A DNA stretch of 48,899 nt. Source: Myxococcota bacterium. GTDB lineage: Bacteria; Myxococcota; JACRCW01. Positions within the stretch are counted from its first letter, which is position 1. Every line of letters starts with the position of its first letter. The stretch spans positions 1 to 48,899 of the forward strand of contig JBFMGU010000050.1 of NCBI GenBank assembly GCA_040752415.1, written 5' to 3'. A program made the position numbers and the translations under genes. Of this stretch, positions 7,927 through 17,660 are shown piece by piece. The notes under the pieces were generated by a model, which saw only the letters and a program-made list of their open reading frames with translations, made no database searches and was not told where the DNA came from.

Positions 7927-9939
7927 TCAGCGCACTCCCGGCGGGGTCTTCGCGCGCAGGTTGGGCGGGAAGATGGCGTCCTGCAGCAGCAGGAGCCCGT
8001 TGTTCTGCACCAGTTGTCGCCCCCGCTCCAGCACCAGCGTGCTGGCGTCGCGGTCCATGACGCGGATCTGCGCAGGGTCGAAGTCCTTGGCCTGCATGTC
8101 CTTCTCGTAGGTGAAGCAGTGGTGGCCGGCGAAGGTGGGGTCGTAGCCCTCCGGGCAGTACGGCGGCATCCACTTGAAGCACGTCTGCCCCGAGGCATAA
8201 CAGCGGTCATTCCCCTGCCGGATGCTCCACGCGTTCTCGTTGCCCATGATCGCAAAGCGACGCTCCGGCGGAACGTGCTTGGCCAGCAGGCTCACGCCCT
8301 GGAAGCTCTGCGCCGACTCCAGGCCCAGCAGGTCCAGCACCGTGGGCGCCACGTCAATCTGGCTGCCCAGCGTCTCATTCCGCTGCGGCGGCACCCGCCC
8401 CGGCGCCCAGATGATGAACGGCACCCGGAAGTACACGTCGATCTTCTCGTCCTGCGTCAGCGCGCGCTCCCGCTTCTCCGGGAACACGAACACCGTGTGA
8501 TCACCCAGGAAGATGAAGACCGTGTTGGCAAACCACTTGCGCTTGCGCGCGTTCTCCATGAAGCGGCCCACGGCCAGGTCCGTGTAGTGCAGCCCCGTCA
8601 TGTAGTCCTTGTAGAGCTGGCGCTCCTTGCTCTCCTTGACCTCCTTGGGCAGCGGGATGCCGTACCTGTGGTTGAAGGGGTGATGGTTGGTCAGCGTCAT
8701 CACCTCGGCAAAGAACGGCTCCTGCGCCTTGTCCAGCACGTCGGCGGCGTGGTCGGCCAGGTCCTCGTCGGAGGGGCCCCAGCCCACGGAGGGCTTCATC
8801 AGCTCGCGCTGCTTGATCTCCTTGTCGTCATGCACGAACTGCATCCCGTGTACGCTAAGGAACCCGAACTTGTTCCCGAAGTTCGAGGTGTAGGAGCTGA
8901 TCCAGTGTGTCTGCCAGCCCGCGTCGCGCAGCACCTCGGGGAGGCAGCGCGCGCTCAGGTCGGGGAAGGCGCTGTACACCTGGCCGCCGGTGAAGTTGGG
9001 CAGGATGCTGCACAGCGTGGCCATCTCCCCGCGCACGGTCTGGTGGGCGTTGGCGTAGAAGTTGGGGAAGAACTGTCCCTCCTGCGCCAGCTTCCAGAGG
9101 TTGGGCGCCAGCCCCGGCTCCGCGCCGGCAATGCCCGACTCCCACAGCCGGAAGCTCTCCATCAGCACCACCACCACGTTGAGCTTCTGGCCCGCGGCGG
9201 GCGGGTCCTGCACGGGCTGCTTGAGCAGCGGATAGGCCGGGTTGGCGCCGGTCTTGTATTGCGTGGCCTCGGGCAGGTTGTAGGTGTCGGAGAGCCCCGC
9301 CAGGATCCTCTCCCGCTTCTCCAGCGCGCCGCCGCCGTGCAGCAGCACCATGCGGTCCACCCACTGCCGGCCCACGTTCATCAGGCCATTGCGCTCGGCC
9401 AGCAGGAACGTCTCGTGGCTCACCATGGGCCAAAAGCCCACCAGCGCCCCGCCCGCAAACAACGACGCCAACGACGGTGCCGCGCTCCGCCGCGTGCGCT
9501 GGTGCAGCGAGAAGAAGATGGCGCCGCCCAGCAGCGAGAAGGGCACCACGACGTGCAGCGCCAGAAAGCGCGGGGTGAGGATCTGGTGGATGGAGCTGGA
9601 GGCGCCCTCCGCCTGGCCCAGCTGGGTCCAGGAATCCAGGTTGAGCAGCGTGTCAAAGAAGGTGAGGAACCCGGCATTGAATGAGGTGAACAACGTCACC
9701 AGCAGGCCCAGCAGCCCCATGAGCGGCACGCGCATGAGGCGCGGCGCGGCCTCCAGCGCCAGGAAGGCGGCCAGCAGCACCGCGAAGGTGGCCGCGTCGT
9801 CCATGAGGCCCGCCAGCGAGTAGCCGGTGCCCATCACCACGCGGAAGCCCAGCGTCTCCCACAGCAGGAAGAGTCCCCACGCCAGCGCGCCGGGCCGACG
9901 CAGCAGGCTCCACCACATCCCGTCCAGCAGCTCCCTCAT
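7927..9939 (-). CDS. LTA synthase family / sulfatase-like membrane protein (phosphoglycerol-transferase-like)
   Basis: Several N-terminal TM helices, NVVVVLMESF, HQTVRGE (catalytic Thr position), TLTNHHPF, GDH, SQIDVAPTVLDLLG. Start at MRELLDG. Confidence 0.88.
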   Translation of the reverse strand: MRELLDGMWWSLLRRPGALAWGLFLLWETLGFRVVMGTGYSLAGLMDDAATFAVLLAAFLALEAAPRLMRVPLMGLLGLLVTLFTSFNAGFLTFFDTLLNLDSWTQLGQAEGASSSIHQILTPRFLALHVVVPFSLLGGAIFFSLHQRTRRSAAPSLASLFAGGALVGFWPMVSHETFLLAERNGLMNVGRQWVDRMVLLHGGGALEKRERILAGLSDTYNLPEATQYKTGANPAYPLLKQPVQDPPAAGQKLNVVVVLMESFRLWESGIAGAEPGLAPNLWKLAQEGQFFPNFYANAHQTVRGEMATLCSILPNFTGGQVYSAFPDLSARCLPEVLRDAGWQTHWISSYTSNFGNKFGFLSVHGMQFVHDDKEIKQRELMKPSVGWGPSDEDLADHAADVLDKAQEPFFAEVMTLTNHHPFNHRYGIPLPKEVKESKERQLYKDYMTGLHYTDLAVGRFMENARKRKWFANTVFIFLGDHTVFVFPEKRERALTQDEKIDVYFRVPFIIWAPGRVPPQRNETLGSQIDVAPTVLDLLGLESAQSFQGVSLLAKHVPPERRFAIMGNENAWSIRQGNDRCYASGQTCFKWMPPYCPEGYDPTFAGHHCFTYEKDMQAKDFDPAQIRVMDRDASTLVLERGRQLVQNNGLLLLQDAIFPPNLRAKTPPGVR

Positions 9940-10976
9940 GGCAGTGTCGCGCAGGCCTTCTGGGGGTCCTGTCCCTCGGGCGGGATGATGACGTCGGTGG
10001 CGGGGATGGGTCCGGGCGTCTCCCCGTCCCAGCCCACCTTCACGAAGATGGACGCCGGGCCCTGGCTCTCCTGGTACTCCACCAGCACGTAGTGGCTGCC
10101 TTCCTTGAGCTCGGTGGTGCCCTGCGCCCACTTCACCGCGTGGCTGCCCCAGTTCTCCACCACCTTCTTGCCGTCGACGTAGAGCCGGCTCCCGTCGTCG
10201 GAACCCACGGAGAAGGTGGCCTTGCCGCCCTTGCGCACGCGCAGGCACGTCTCCCACTTCACGGTGAACTTGTCCTCCTGGAAGTCCGGCATGGGCTTGC
10301 CGTGGTCCCAGAAGAAGGCGAGCTCCGCATCCTTGCGCACCACCGGCGTCCCCTCGAACCTCTCACCCCGGTAGTACGCACCGCGCCACCCGTTTTCCAC
10401 CGGTTTGCTGGGCCAGGCCAACGCCGTCACGCCGCCCACCAGCAGCGCAAGGGTTGCGGCCACGCCCGCCAGGCGCACCACCGTGGCCGCGCGCAGGGGC
10501 TCCTTGCCGTGCACCGCGGAGACGCGCTGGCGGGTGTGTCGCACGGTGCGGTGGAGCAGGCGGGTCAGCGTCCACAGCTCACCGCGGGTCAGGGGCAGGG
10601 GTGGCTCTCCCTCGGGGAGCAGGGCCTGGTAGCTGCTGAGGCGCTGCAGCAGGGAGACGCAGTTGATGCGCTGCGGCTCGGGCAGGCCCGCCACCTCGCC
10701 CCTCTGGCCCACCGTCTCCGCCAGGGAGCGCGGGGGCTGGCCGGCCAGGCGCGCCTGGACCTGCAGGGCGCGGGTCCAGCCCAGGTGGAGCAGCACCGCG
10801 GCATCCCGCGTGGCGCAGCGACGGTCCACCAGCACCGCGTGCGCGGCCTCCGCCTTCTGCCGGGCGGAATGCAGCAGGTCATGAAGCTCGGGGCCGGGGT
10901 TGGTCTTGGTTCCTGCTTCCACGACGGTCGAACACCCCTCATGCACACCCCGGAGGGCGCCGGGGGGGCTGGCCAT
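9936..10976 (-). CDS. Membrane-anchored PA14 domain protein
   Basis: A TM helix, then GWRGAYY..DKFTVKW..FSVGSDDGSRLYVDGKKVVENW..VEYQE (PA14). ATGA overlap with the downstream gene. Start uncertain. Confidence 0.82.
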   Translation of the reverse strand: MASPPGALRGVHEGCSTVVEAGTKTNPGPELHDLLHSARQKAEAAHAVLVDRRCATRDAAVLLHLGWTRALQVQARLAGQPPRSLAETVGQRGEVAGLPEPQRINCVSLLQRLSSYQALLPEGEPPLPLTRGELWTLTRLLHRTVRHTRQRVSAVHGKEPLRAATVVRLAGVAATLALLVGGVTALAWPSKPVENGWRGAYYRGERFEGTPVVRKDAELAFFWDHGKPMPDFQEDKFTVKWETCLRVRKGGKATFSVGSDDGSRLYVDGKKVVENWGSHAVKWAQGTTELKEGSHYVLVEYQESQGPASIFVKVGWDGETPGPIPATDVIIPPEGQDPQKACATLP

Positions 10977-11054
10977 CTAAGCAGATCTCCGCGCGAACGC
11001 CAGCGCAAAAACGCCGCCCGGCGTCGTGACGGCTTTCGCTCCCGGCCAGGCCCG

Positions 11055-11122
11055 CTCAGGGCTCCAGGAGCTCCGTGCCGGGGGAGGGCGACGGTGCAGG
11101 CGGTCGGGGTCGAGCCGGACCA
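11055..11122 (-). repeat. Degenerate copy of the 3' end of gene 12528-13010
   Basis: 11055-11089 matches 12527-12561 at 33/35 nt (encodes PSPGTELLEP* versus PSPGTEFLEP*). A second block 11103-11122 resembles 12567-12586. Confidence 0.8.
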
Positions 11123-11175
11123 TGCGGGTTGCTGGTCACGGCCAACGCGCCGTCCAAGGTCGCCCTTGCGGACGC

Positions 11176-12489
11176 CTACGCGCCGGGCAGGGAAGCCAGG
11201 TGGTCCTTCACGTCGGACGCGGTCCAGCGCAGATCCAACTGCAGCGTCGAGAACTGCTGGTCGTGCCATGCGTCGGCGGCGCTGCGTGACCTGGCGCTGG
11301 CGAGCCGACGCGCCTTCCCAAAGGCCTCCCGCGCACCCTGCCAGTCGTCAGCGGCGGAAGATTGCTCCGCCTTCTCCCGAAGCGCGCAGCCCAGCTGGAA
11401 CCACGCGCTCGCGAAGTCCGGTGCTCGCGCGGTTGCGGCCTGGAAGCACGTGATGACGGAGGAATCACCCGCCGACGTCAGGTGTCGCGCCACGCCGCGC
11501 ACGAACCACAGGAGCTCCTCCCGGCCGCTGGGAAGCTCCAGGAGTCCGCCCACGGCGTCATCCACCACGCGGCCTCCCTGGGCGCGCAAGAGGTGGACCA
11601 GGGGATCCAGCGCGGTGAGCGGGGCAGGCTCGGGCGTGGCCTGGAGCGCGGTCACCACCTCGCGCAGGGCCAAGGACGCCACGGCGGGTGGCGGAGCGTG
11701 GCTCCGCGCCAGGCCAACCACCTCGTCGCGAAGCGCGTCGGCCCCCGTCGCTGGGCTGGCGTCGCGGCGGGCCAGCGCTTCGGCGCAGAGGCCGTGGACC
11801 GCCGCCGGCCACCGCCGGTTCATCCTCGCCAGGAGCACCGACTTCCAGCGCCACACCGGCTCCGCCATGGCAAGGAAGGCTTCCCCCTCGCGCCCCAGGA
11901 ACCGCGCCGGGTCGCGCTCGTCGAGCAATCCCAGCAGCATCGCGTCGTCACCCTGGCGGACGGCATGGGCGACCAGCGCATCGAAGCGATGTGTCAGGAC
12001 CTCCACCGGCCTCGGACTGGTGAGCAGGTAGAGGGACGTGTCGGCGGGCGCCCGCGTCGCGAGCTGGACAATGGCCCGCAGCAGCTCCTCCGCGTGGGAT
12101 TCCTTGAAACCGAGGGCGTGGAACGCCTGCCCACCGCGGATCTTCGCGAATTGTCGCGCCTGGCTTCGCAGCGCCTTGTCCCCCAGTCCCGCAACCTCTT
12201 CCGTTGGGAAGGCGTACAGGGAGCGCAGCTCATCCGCGGAAGCTGCCGCGGTGCGCCGGGACCGCCGACGAACAAGCTCGGTGCCCAACAGGGCGGTCAG
12301 CTCGGGGCCGTCGAGCCAGAGCTCAGCGAGGATGCGGTCATTGTCGGGCCCGACGTGGGGATGGGACTTGAGCGCCTCCACCAGTCCCGCCGCAAAGGGC
12401 TCCGGAGAGGGAACCGGCGCGCCCTGGCGCCAGCCGGGCAGCAACTTGTCGACGACAGAATCGGCCGCGACGAAGAACCAGGACGTCAT
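11176..12489 (-). CDS. Hypothetical helical protein with a TPR-like C-terminal segment
   Basis: Long ORF from MTSWFFV. CFQAATARAPDFASAWFQLGCAL is TPR-like. Confidence 0.65.
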   Translation of the reverse strand: MTSWFFVAADSVVDKLLPGWRQGAPVPSPEPFAAGLVEALKSHPHVGPDNDRILAELWLDGPELTALLGTELVRRRSRRTAAASADELRSLYAFPTEEVAGLGDKALRSQARQFAKIRGGQAFHALGFKESHAEELLRAIVQLATRAPADTSLYLLTSPRPVEVLTHRFDALVAHAVRQGDDAMLLGLLDERDPARFLGREGEAFLAMAEPVWRWKSVLLARMNRRWPAAVHGLCAEALARRDASPATGADALRDEVVGLARSHAPPPAVASLALREVVTALQATPEPAPLTALDPLVHLLRAQGGRVVDDAVGGLLELPSGREELLWFVRGVARHLTSAGDSSVITCFQAATARAPDFASAWFQLGCALREKAEQSSAADDWQGAREAFGKARRLASARSRSAADAWHDQQFSTLQLDLRWTASDVKDHLASLPGA

Positions 12490-12527
12490 GGCAGGAGCGT
12501 ACCGTGCCGCAGCCAACCCGGGCCAAC

Positions 12528-13010
12528 TCAGGGCTCCAGGAACTCCGTGCCGGGAGAGGGCTTGTAGTCGGGGTTGAGCCGGATCAGGACCAGCAGCGCG
12601 TTGATGCTGAACCACAGCACGCCGGCCACCACCAACGCGGTGCTCACCATGGCCAGCCCAATGGCGCTCATCCACGCCCCGCCCATCACCGGCGAGGCCA
12701 CGTCCAGCCCCACCGCGGCGCCGAACAGGTTGGCGGCCAAGAGGTACGCCAGCGCTCCCACCACCAGCGCCCCCACCGACGCCAGCCCGAATCCCCCACC
12801 CACCGCGAAGATGGCCGCGCCCACCGCCATGTTGCGCAGCCCCTTCATGATGCCGCGCATGTCCATCTCGGTCAGCACCAGGGCGCCGCCGTTCCCGACG
12901 GAGAAGCCGGGCGCCACCGTCGCGGCGTGGGCCGCGGGCCGCGCGGTTTCCCCAGCGAGGGGGCCAGCGGGGAGCAACAGGAGGGTGGCGGAGAGCAGCG
13001 TCGTGAGCAT
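12528..13010 (-). CDS. Hypothetical membrane protein
   Basis: Signal-like N-terminus and two or three hydrophobic segments. Confidence 0.7.
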   Translation of the reverse strand: MLTTLLSATLLLLPAGPLAGETARPAAHAATVAPGFSVGNGGALVLTEMDMRGIMKGLRNMAVGAAIFAVGGGFGLASVGALVVGALAYLLAANLFGAAVGLDVASPVMGGAWMSAIGLAMVSTALVVAGVLWFSINALLVLIRLNPDYKPSPGTEFLEP

Positions 13011-13049
13011 GCGCCTTCTTTAGCCCACCCTAAGGCCCCTGCGCACGTT

Positions 13050-14312
13050 TCAGGACAGCCCGGCGGCCAGCAGCGCCTGCAGGATGGCCACCGCCACCGT
13101 CGTGGAGAGCAGGGTGATGGGCACGCCGTAGCGCAAGAAACGCCAGAACCCCACCTCGATGCCGGCCTTCAGCGCGTATTCCAGCACGATCACGTTGGCC
13201 ACCGAGCCGATGGTGGTGAGGTTGCCCGCCAGCGTGGAGCTGAGGGCGAGCACCAGGAACAACGCGCGGCTCTCGCCCAGCGTCGAGAGGTGCGGACCCA
13301 GGGCCTGCACCAGCGGCACGTTGGAGAACACCTGGCTGCCCACCACGCTGACCCAGGTGAGGTGCCAGGTGCTGGTGGCGTCCCCGGCCTGGAGCAGCGG
13401 GTGGAGCACGTCGTAAGCGGCGCCGGTGAGCCCCACCTGGCCCAGCGCGCCCATCACCACGAACAGCGCGGCAAAGAACACCAGCAGCGGGAAGTCCACC
13501 TTGGCAAACACCACCCGGCTGTCCCGACGGGAGACCAGGATGCACAGCGCCGCCCCGCTCAGCGCCGACCACGCCATGGACAGGTTGGTCACGAACCCCA
13601 CCACCGCCACCGCCAGGCCGGCCAGGCCCGCGGTCATGGCGCGCGGCGCCTGCTCCTCCGCCAGCACCCGCGGCGCCTGCGCCAGCGCGGCCAGCTCCGC
13701 GCGACACAGCCACAGCAGGAGCCCCACGGTCACCCCCATGGCCGCGACCACCGGGAGCGCCATGGTGGCCATGAAGCCGAGGAAGGGGATCTTCGAGAAC
13801 GCGCCGATCAGCATGTTCTGCGGGTTGCCGGTGAGGGTCAGCGCGCTGCCCACGTTGGCGCCGCAGCCCAGCGCCAGCAGGAACGGCAGCGGCGGCAGCC
13901 CCCGACGGTGGATGACCTTGAGCAGCAGCGGCGTGAGCAGGACGCAGACGGGGTCGTTGACCAGCAACGCGCTCAGGCCCCCGGACACCAGCGCGGTCCA
14001 CACCAGCAGCCCGCGAGGGGAGCGCGCGTGCCGGTCGATGAGCGCGGCGGCCCACTCGAAGAACCCGCCGTCCTCCAGGTGGCCGCAGATGATCATCATC
14101 CCCAGCAGCAGGCCCAGGGTGTCGTGGGAGAGGATCTCGTCGGAGTAGGCCTGCTGCGGGGTGATGACGCCGCACAACACCATCAGCACCGCGCCCAGCA
14201 GCGCCCCCGCGGGTCGACCAATGGGCAGCACCGCCAGCCGTCGCCCGCTGATGAGCACGTAGGTCAGGATGAAGATGGGCAGCGCCAGGAGCTGTGGGGC
14301 GATGAGGAGCAT
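13050..14312 (-). CDS. ArsB/NhaD/CitMHS (IT superfamily) anion transporter
   Basis: About 11 TM segments. LLVNDPVC, ANVGSALTLTGNPQNMLIG, SNVP, SSTLAGNLTTIGSVANVIV motifs. Start at MLLIAPQ. Confidence 0.9.
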   Translation of the reverse strand: MLLIAPQLLALPIFILTYVLISGRRLAVLPIGRPAGALLGAVLMVLCGVITPQQAYSDEILSHDTLGLLLGMMIICGHLEDGGFFEWAAALIDRHARSPRGLLVWTALVSGGLSALLVNDPVCVLLTPLLLKVIHRRGLPPLPFLLALGCGANVGSALTLTGNPQNMLIGAFSKIPFLGFMATMALPVVAAMGVTVGLLLWLCRAELAALAQAPRVLAEEQAPRAMTAGLAGLAVAVVGFVTNLSMAWSALSGAALCILVSRRDSRVVFAKVDFPLLVFFAALFVVMGALGQVGLTGAAYDVLHPLLQAGDATSTWHLTWVSVVGSQVFSNVPLVQALGPHLSTLGESRALFLVLALSSTLAGNLTTIGSVANVIVLEYALKAGIEVGFWRFLRYGVPITLLSTTVAVAILQALLAAGLS

Positions 14313-14524
14313 GGGCAGCGGCGAGTTCGGCGCTCCTAGCACGGGCGGCGTCGGCGCGTTCGGACAAGGCCACGGCCAAGGACCTGCGCCGCCGTCACGC
14401 CGGGGTCCTGGGCACGGCCGCCAGCGCGCAAGTGCCGGTTGGGATTCGCGTTTCCCGACGCCGGTGCCGGGCACCAGGGCGCCGCTTGGCCCTCTCGCGG
14501 GTCGGGGCGACCGCGTCCCCCGGC

Positions 14525-15379
14525 TCAGCGCGGGCGCGCCAGCTCCAGCTCATCCTCCGGCCCCAGCGGCTGCTCCGCCTTCCGGCCCAGCTGCTCCGCG
14601 GAGAGGCGGGTGACCGCGTGCAGGCCCACCGGGACGCCCCACTGCAGGATGCCCAGCCCCAGCACCAACGAGCCCATGAACAGGCCAATGGCCATGGCGG
14701 TGTGCTTCTCGGTGGCGGTGACCGGTGCGCTGGCCAGCCCGCTCGTCGACGCGCGGAGGCTGCGGGGGATCCACAGGATGAAGTAGAAAACGAACGCGGC
14801 CACGTAGAGGGAGGCGGCCAGCGCGGCGGCGGGCACCACCAGCAGTCCCGCCATGCTCACCGCGGCCACCCACGCCAGCACGGTGGCCAGCGGCTTGCGG
14901 GACACCACCAGCGACAACGGCAGGCTCACCACCGGCGCGCACAGCGGCACCAACGCCACGCTGATGGGCAGCACCACGAAGCTGGCCAGGGAGGCAAGCC
15001 AGAAGGCCCACAGCTCCAGCGCGGTGACCTCGGAGGGGAGCAGCATGGCGCGACCTCCGCTCGAGCACGCCGTGCCGCACGTGGCGGCGGAGACCATGGT
15101 GCTGAGCACCACCACGGTGGTCCAGGGCACGCCCACCGCGGCCAGCTCCATCACCGCGCGCACGTTCTCTCGTCGACGGACACGCTGCGGGTCCTCCTCC
15201 GCGGGCTCCTCCAGCCGGTCCTTGCGCTCCTCCGCGGGCAGGCGTCCCCGCTCGCGCAGCATCACCGCCTCCACGCGTGCGCGCCACGTCTCGGCCACGG
15301 AGCGCGCCTCGTCCCACGGCTCACAACTGGTCCCCGGCGCAGCCGCCAGGCTGGCCCACAGCAGGCTGACGAGCAGCAT
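14525..15379 (-). CDS. Hypothetical membrane protein
   Basis: Signal-like MLLVSLLWASLAA followed by several hydrophobic helices. Confidence 0.6.
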   Translation of the reverse strand: MLLVSLLWASLAAAPGTSCEPWDEARSVAETWRARVEAVMLRERGRLPAEERKDRLEEPAEEDPQRVRRRENVRAVMELAAVGVPWTTVVVLSTMVSAATCGTACSSGGRAMLLPSEVTALELWAFWLASLASFVVLPISVALVPLCAPVVSLPLSLVVSRKPLATVLAWVAAVSMAGLLVVPAAALAASLYVAAFVFYFILWIPRSLRASTSGLASAPVTATEKHTAMAIGLFMGSLVLGLGILQWGVPVGLHAVTRLSAEQLGRKAEQPLGPEDELELARPR

Positions 15380-15524
15380 CTCCTCCGACGCTAGCGCCCG
15401 CCCACCACGGAGCGGAAGCGCGGCGCGAGGCGGGACGGCCCGACGAGACGCGACGGAGGTGCGTTGCGGACCCGCATCTCCGACGGTAGGTAGGACGTCC
15501 TTTTGTCCTCCCGGAGCAGCATCC

Positions 15525-17603
15525 ATGGGCTTCAACATCATCGGCCAGACCCCCATGCCCAGGCCCTCGGCGCCCGGTGGCAAGGTGCAGCGGGGCTACG
15601 TGCAGGTCTCGCCGTTCCTGCCCATGACCATGGCGGAGGCGCGCAAGGAGCGGGGCTGGGATGAGCTGGACGTGGTGTTCGTCACCGGCGACGCCTACGT
15701 GGATCACTCCAGCTTTGCCATGGCCGTGCTGGGGCGGGTGCTGGAGGCGCGGGGCTACCGGGTGGGGATCCTGGCCCAGCCCGACTGGAAGAACCCGGAG
15801 GCCTTCCAGGAGTTCGGCAGGCCGCGCATCTGCTTCTGCGTCTCGGCGGGCAACCTGGACTCCATGCTCAACCACTACACCGCGCACAAGCGTCCTCGGC
15901 GGGATGATGCCTACAGCCCGGATGCGCGCGCGGGGCTGCGGCCGGACAAGCCCACCATCCTCTACACGCAGCGCTGCAAGCAGGCCTACCCGGACGTGCC
16001 GGTCCTCGTGGGGGGGCTGGAGGCGTCCATGCGGCGCCTGGCGCACTATGACTACTGGTCGGACACGGTGAAGCGGTCCATCCTGCTGGACAGCAAGGCC
16101 GACCTGCTGGTCTACGGCAACGGCGAGAAACCGCTGCTGGAGATCCTGCGTCGACTCAAGGAAGGCCAGGCCATTGAGACCATCCGCGACGTGCGCGGCA
16201 CGGTGTACGCGCTGGGCGCGCGCGAGACCCAGGAGCGCCTGGGCGAAGCGGCCCTAAGTCCACGCGAAAGGGCGCGTAAGCTCCCGGGCATGGAGGGCTT
16301 CGAGGGCGCGCTGGAGCTGCCCGCGTTCGACCTCATCCGCACCGACAAGCAGGCCTTTGCCTGGTGCCAGCACGACTTCCACCGTGAGCAGACCCCCGGC
16401 AACGCCCGCGTGCTGCTGCAGCGCCACGGCGAGCGCGCGGTGGTGCAGAACCCGCCGCAGTTCCCGCTCACCACCGAGGAGATCGACCAGGTCTTCGCGC
16501 TGCCGTTCAACAAGGTGCCGCACCCCTCCTACGGCCAGGCGCACATCCCCGCCTACGAGATGGTGAAGTTCAGCGTGAACATCATGCGCGGGTGTTTTGG
16601 CGGCTGTACGTTCTGCGCCATCACCGAGCACCAGGGCCGGGCCATCCAGTCCCGCAGCGAGGAGTCCATCCTGCGGGAGCTGGAGGACCTCAACCGCGTG
16701 CCCGGCTTCACCGGCGTGGTCAGCGACCTGGGCGGCCCCACCGCCAACATGTACCGGCTGGAGTGCCAGGATGAGGAGGCGGAGCGGGTGTGTCGTCGCC
16801 ACAGCTGCGTGCACCCCACCATCTGCGTGAACCTGGGAGTGGACCAGGGACCGCTGGTGGACCTGATGCGTCGCGCGCGCGCGGTGCCGGGCGTCAAGAA
16901 GTTGCTGATTGCCTCCGGCGTGCGCATGGACCTGGCGGTCAAGAGCGACGCGTACATCCGCGAGCTGGTGACGCACCACGTGGGCGGTCACCTCAAGGTG
17001 GCACCGGAGCACGTGGACGACGAGACGCTGGCGCGCATGAAGAAGCCGGGCGTGGACACGTTCGTGAAGTTCAAGAACAAGTTCGAGCAGTATTCGCTGG
17101 AGGCGGGCAAGGAGCAGTACCTGGTGCCGTACTTCGTCAGCAGCCACCCCGGCTGTGACATGAACAGCGCCATCAAGCTGGCGGAGTTCCTGCGGCAGGG
17201 GAACTTCCGGCCCGAGCAGGTGCAGGACTTCATCCCCACGCCCATGACGCCGGCCACCTGCATGTGGCTCACCGGCATTGACCCGGTGACCATGAAGCAG
17301 ACCTACGTGGAGAAGGACATCAACCGCAAACGCATGCAGAAGGCGTTGATGCAGTACTGGCGCCCGGAGAACCACAAGCTGGTGAAGGAGGCGCTGACCG
17401 AGGCGGGTCGCGAGGACCTGATGGGGACGCACAAGACCGCGCTGGTGGAGAAGTTCCAGCGCATGGGCTGGCGTCCGCCGGTGAAGCAGGGGAAGAACCA
17501 CGGCCGCCCGACGAAGGGACGCCACGCCAACAACGAGCGCATGGGCGGACCGCGCCCCAAGGGCAACGGCGACCGCGTGGTGCGCCACGGCGGCGACCGC
17601 TAA
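15525..17603 (+). CDS. ygiQ: YgiQ family (UPF0313) radical SAM protein
   Basis: GWDELDVVFVTGDAYVDHSSF, RGCFGGCTFCAITEHQG (CxxxCxxC), SDLGGPTANMY, HVGGHLKVAPEH, QVQDFIPTPMT. Start at MGFNIIG after GGAG. Confidence 0.93.
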   Translation: MGFNIIGQTPMPRPSAPGGKVQRGYVQVSPFLPMTMAEARKERGWDELDVVFVTGDAYVDHSSFAMAVLGRVLEARGYRVGILAQPDWKNPEAFQEFGRPRICFCVSAGNLDSMLNHYTAHKRPRRDDAYSPDARAGLRPDKPTILYTQRCKQAYPDVPVLVGGLEASMRRLAHYDYWSDTVKRSILLDSKADLLVYGNGEKPLLEILRRLKEGQAIETIRDVRGTVYALGARETQERLGEAALSPRERARKLPGMEGFEGALELPAFDLIRTDKQAFAWCQHDFHREQTPGNARVLLQRHGERAVVQNPPQFPLTTEEIDQVFALPFNKVPHPSYGQAHIPAYEMVKFSVNIMRGCFGGCTFCAITEHQGRAIQSRSEESILRELEDLNRVPGFTGVVSDLGGPTANMYRLECQDEEAERVCRRHSCVHPTICVNLGVDQGPLVDLMRRARAVPGVKKLLIASGVRMDLAVKSDAYIRELVTHHVGGHLKVAPEHVDDETLARMKKPGVDTFVKFKNKFEQYSLEAGKEQYLVPYFVSSHPGCDMNSAIKLAEFLRQGNFRPEQVQDFIPTPMTPATCMWLTGIDPVTMKQTYVEKDINRKRMQKALMQYWRPENHKLVKEALTEAGREDLMGTHKTALVEKFQRMGWRPPVKQGKNHGRPTKGRHANNERMGGPRPKGNGDRVVRHGGDR

Positions 17604-17660
17604 CTAACCGGGCCAACACGTCGCAGTCCTTCCGCTTGCGTGCGGCCCCCGGGCGAGAGA

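Noticed and set aside
14853..15524. N-terminal extension of the radical SAM ORF
   Set aside because: It is the antisense of gene 14525-15379. The YgiQ-like sequence and an RBS begin at 15525.
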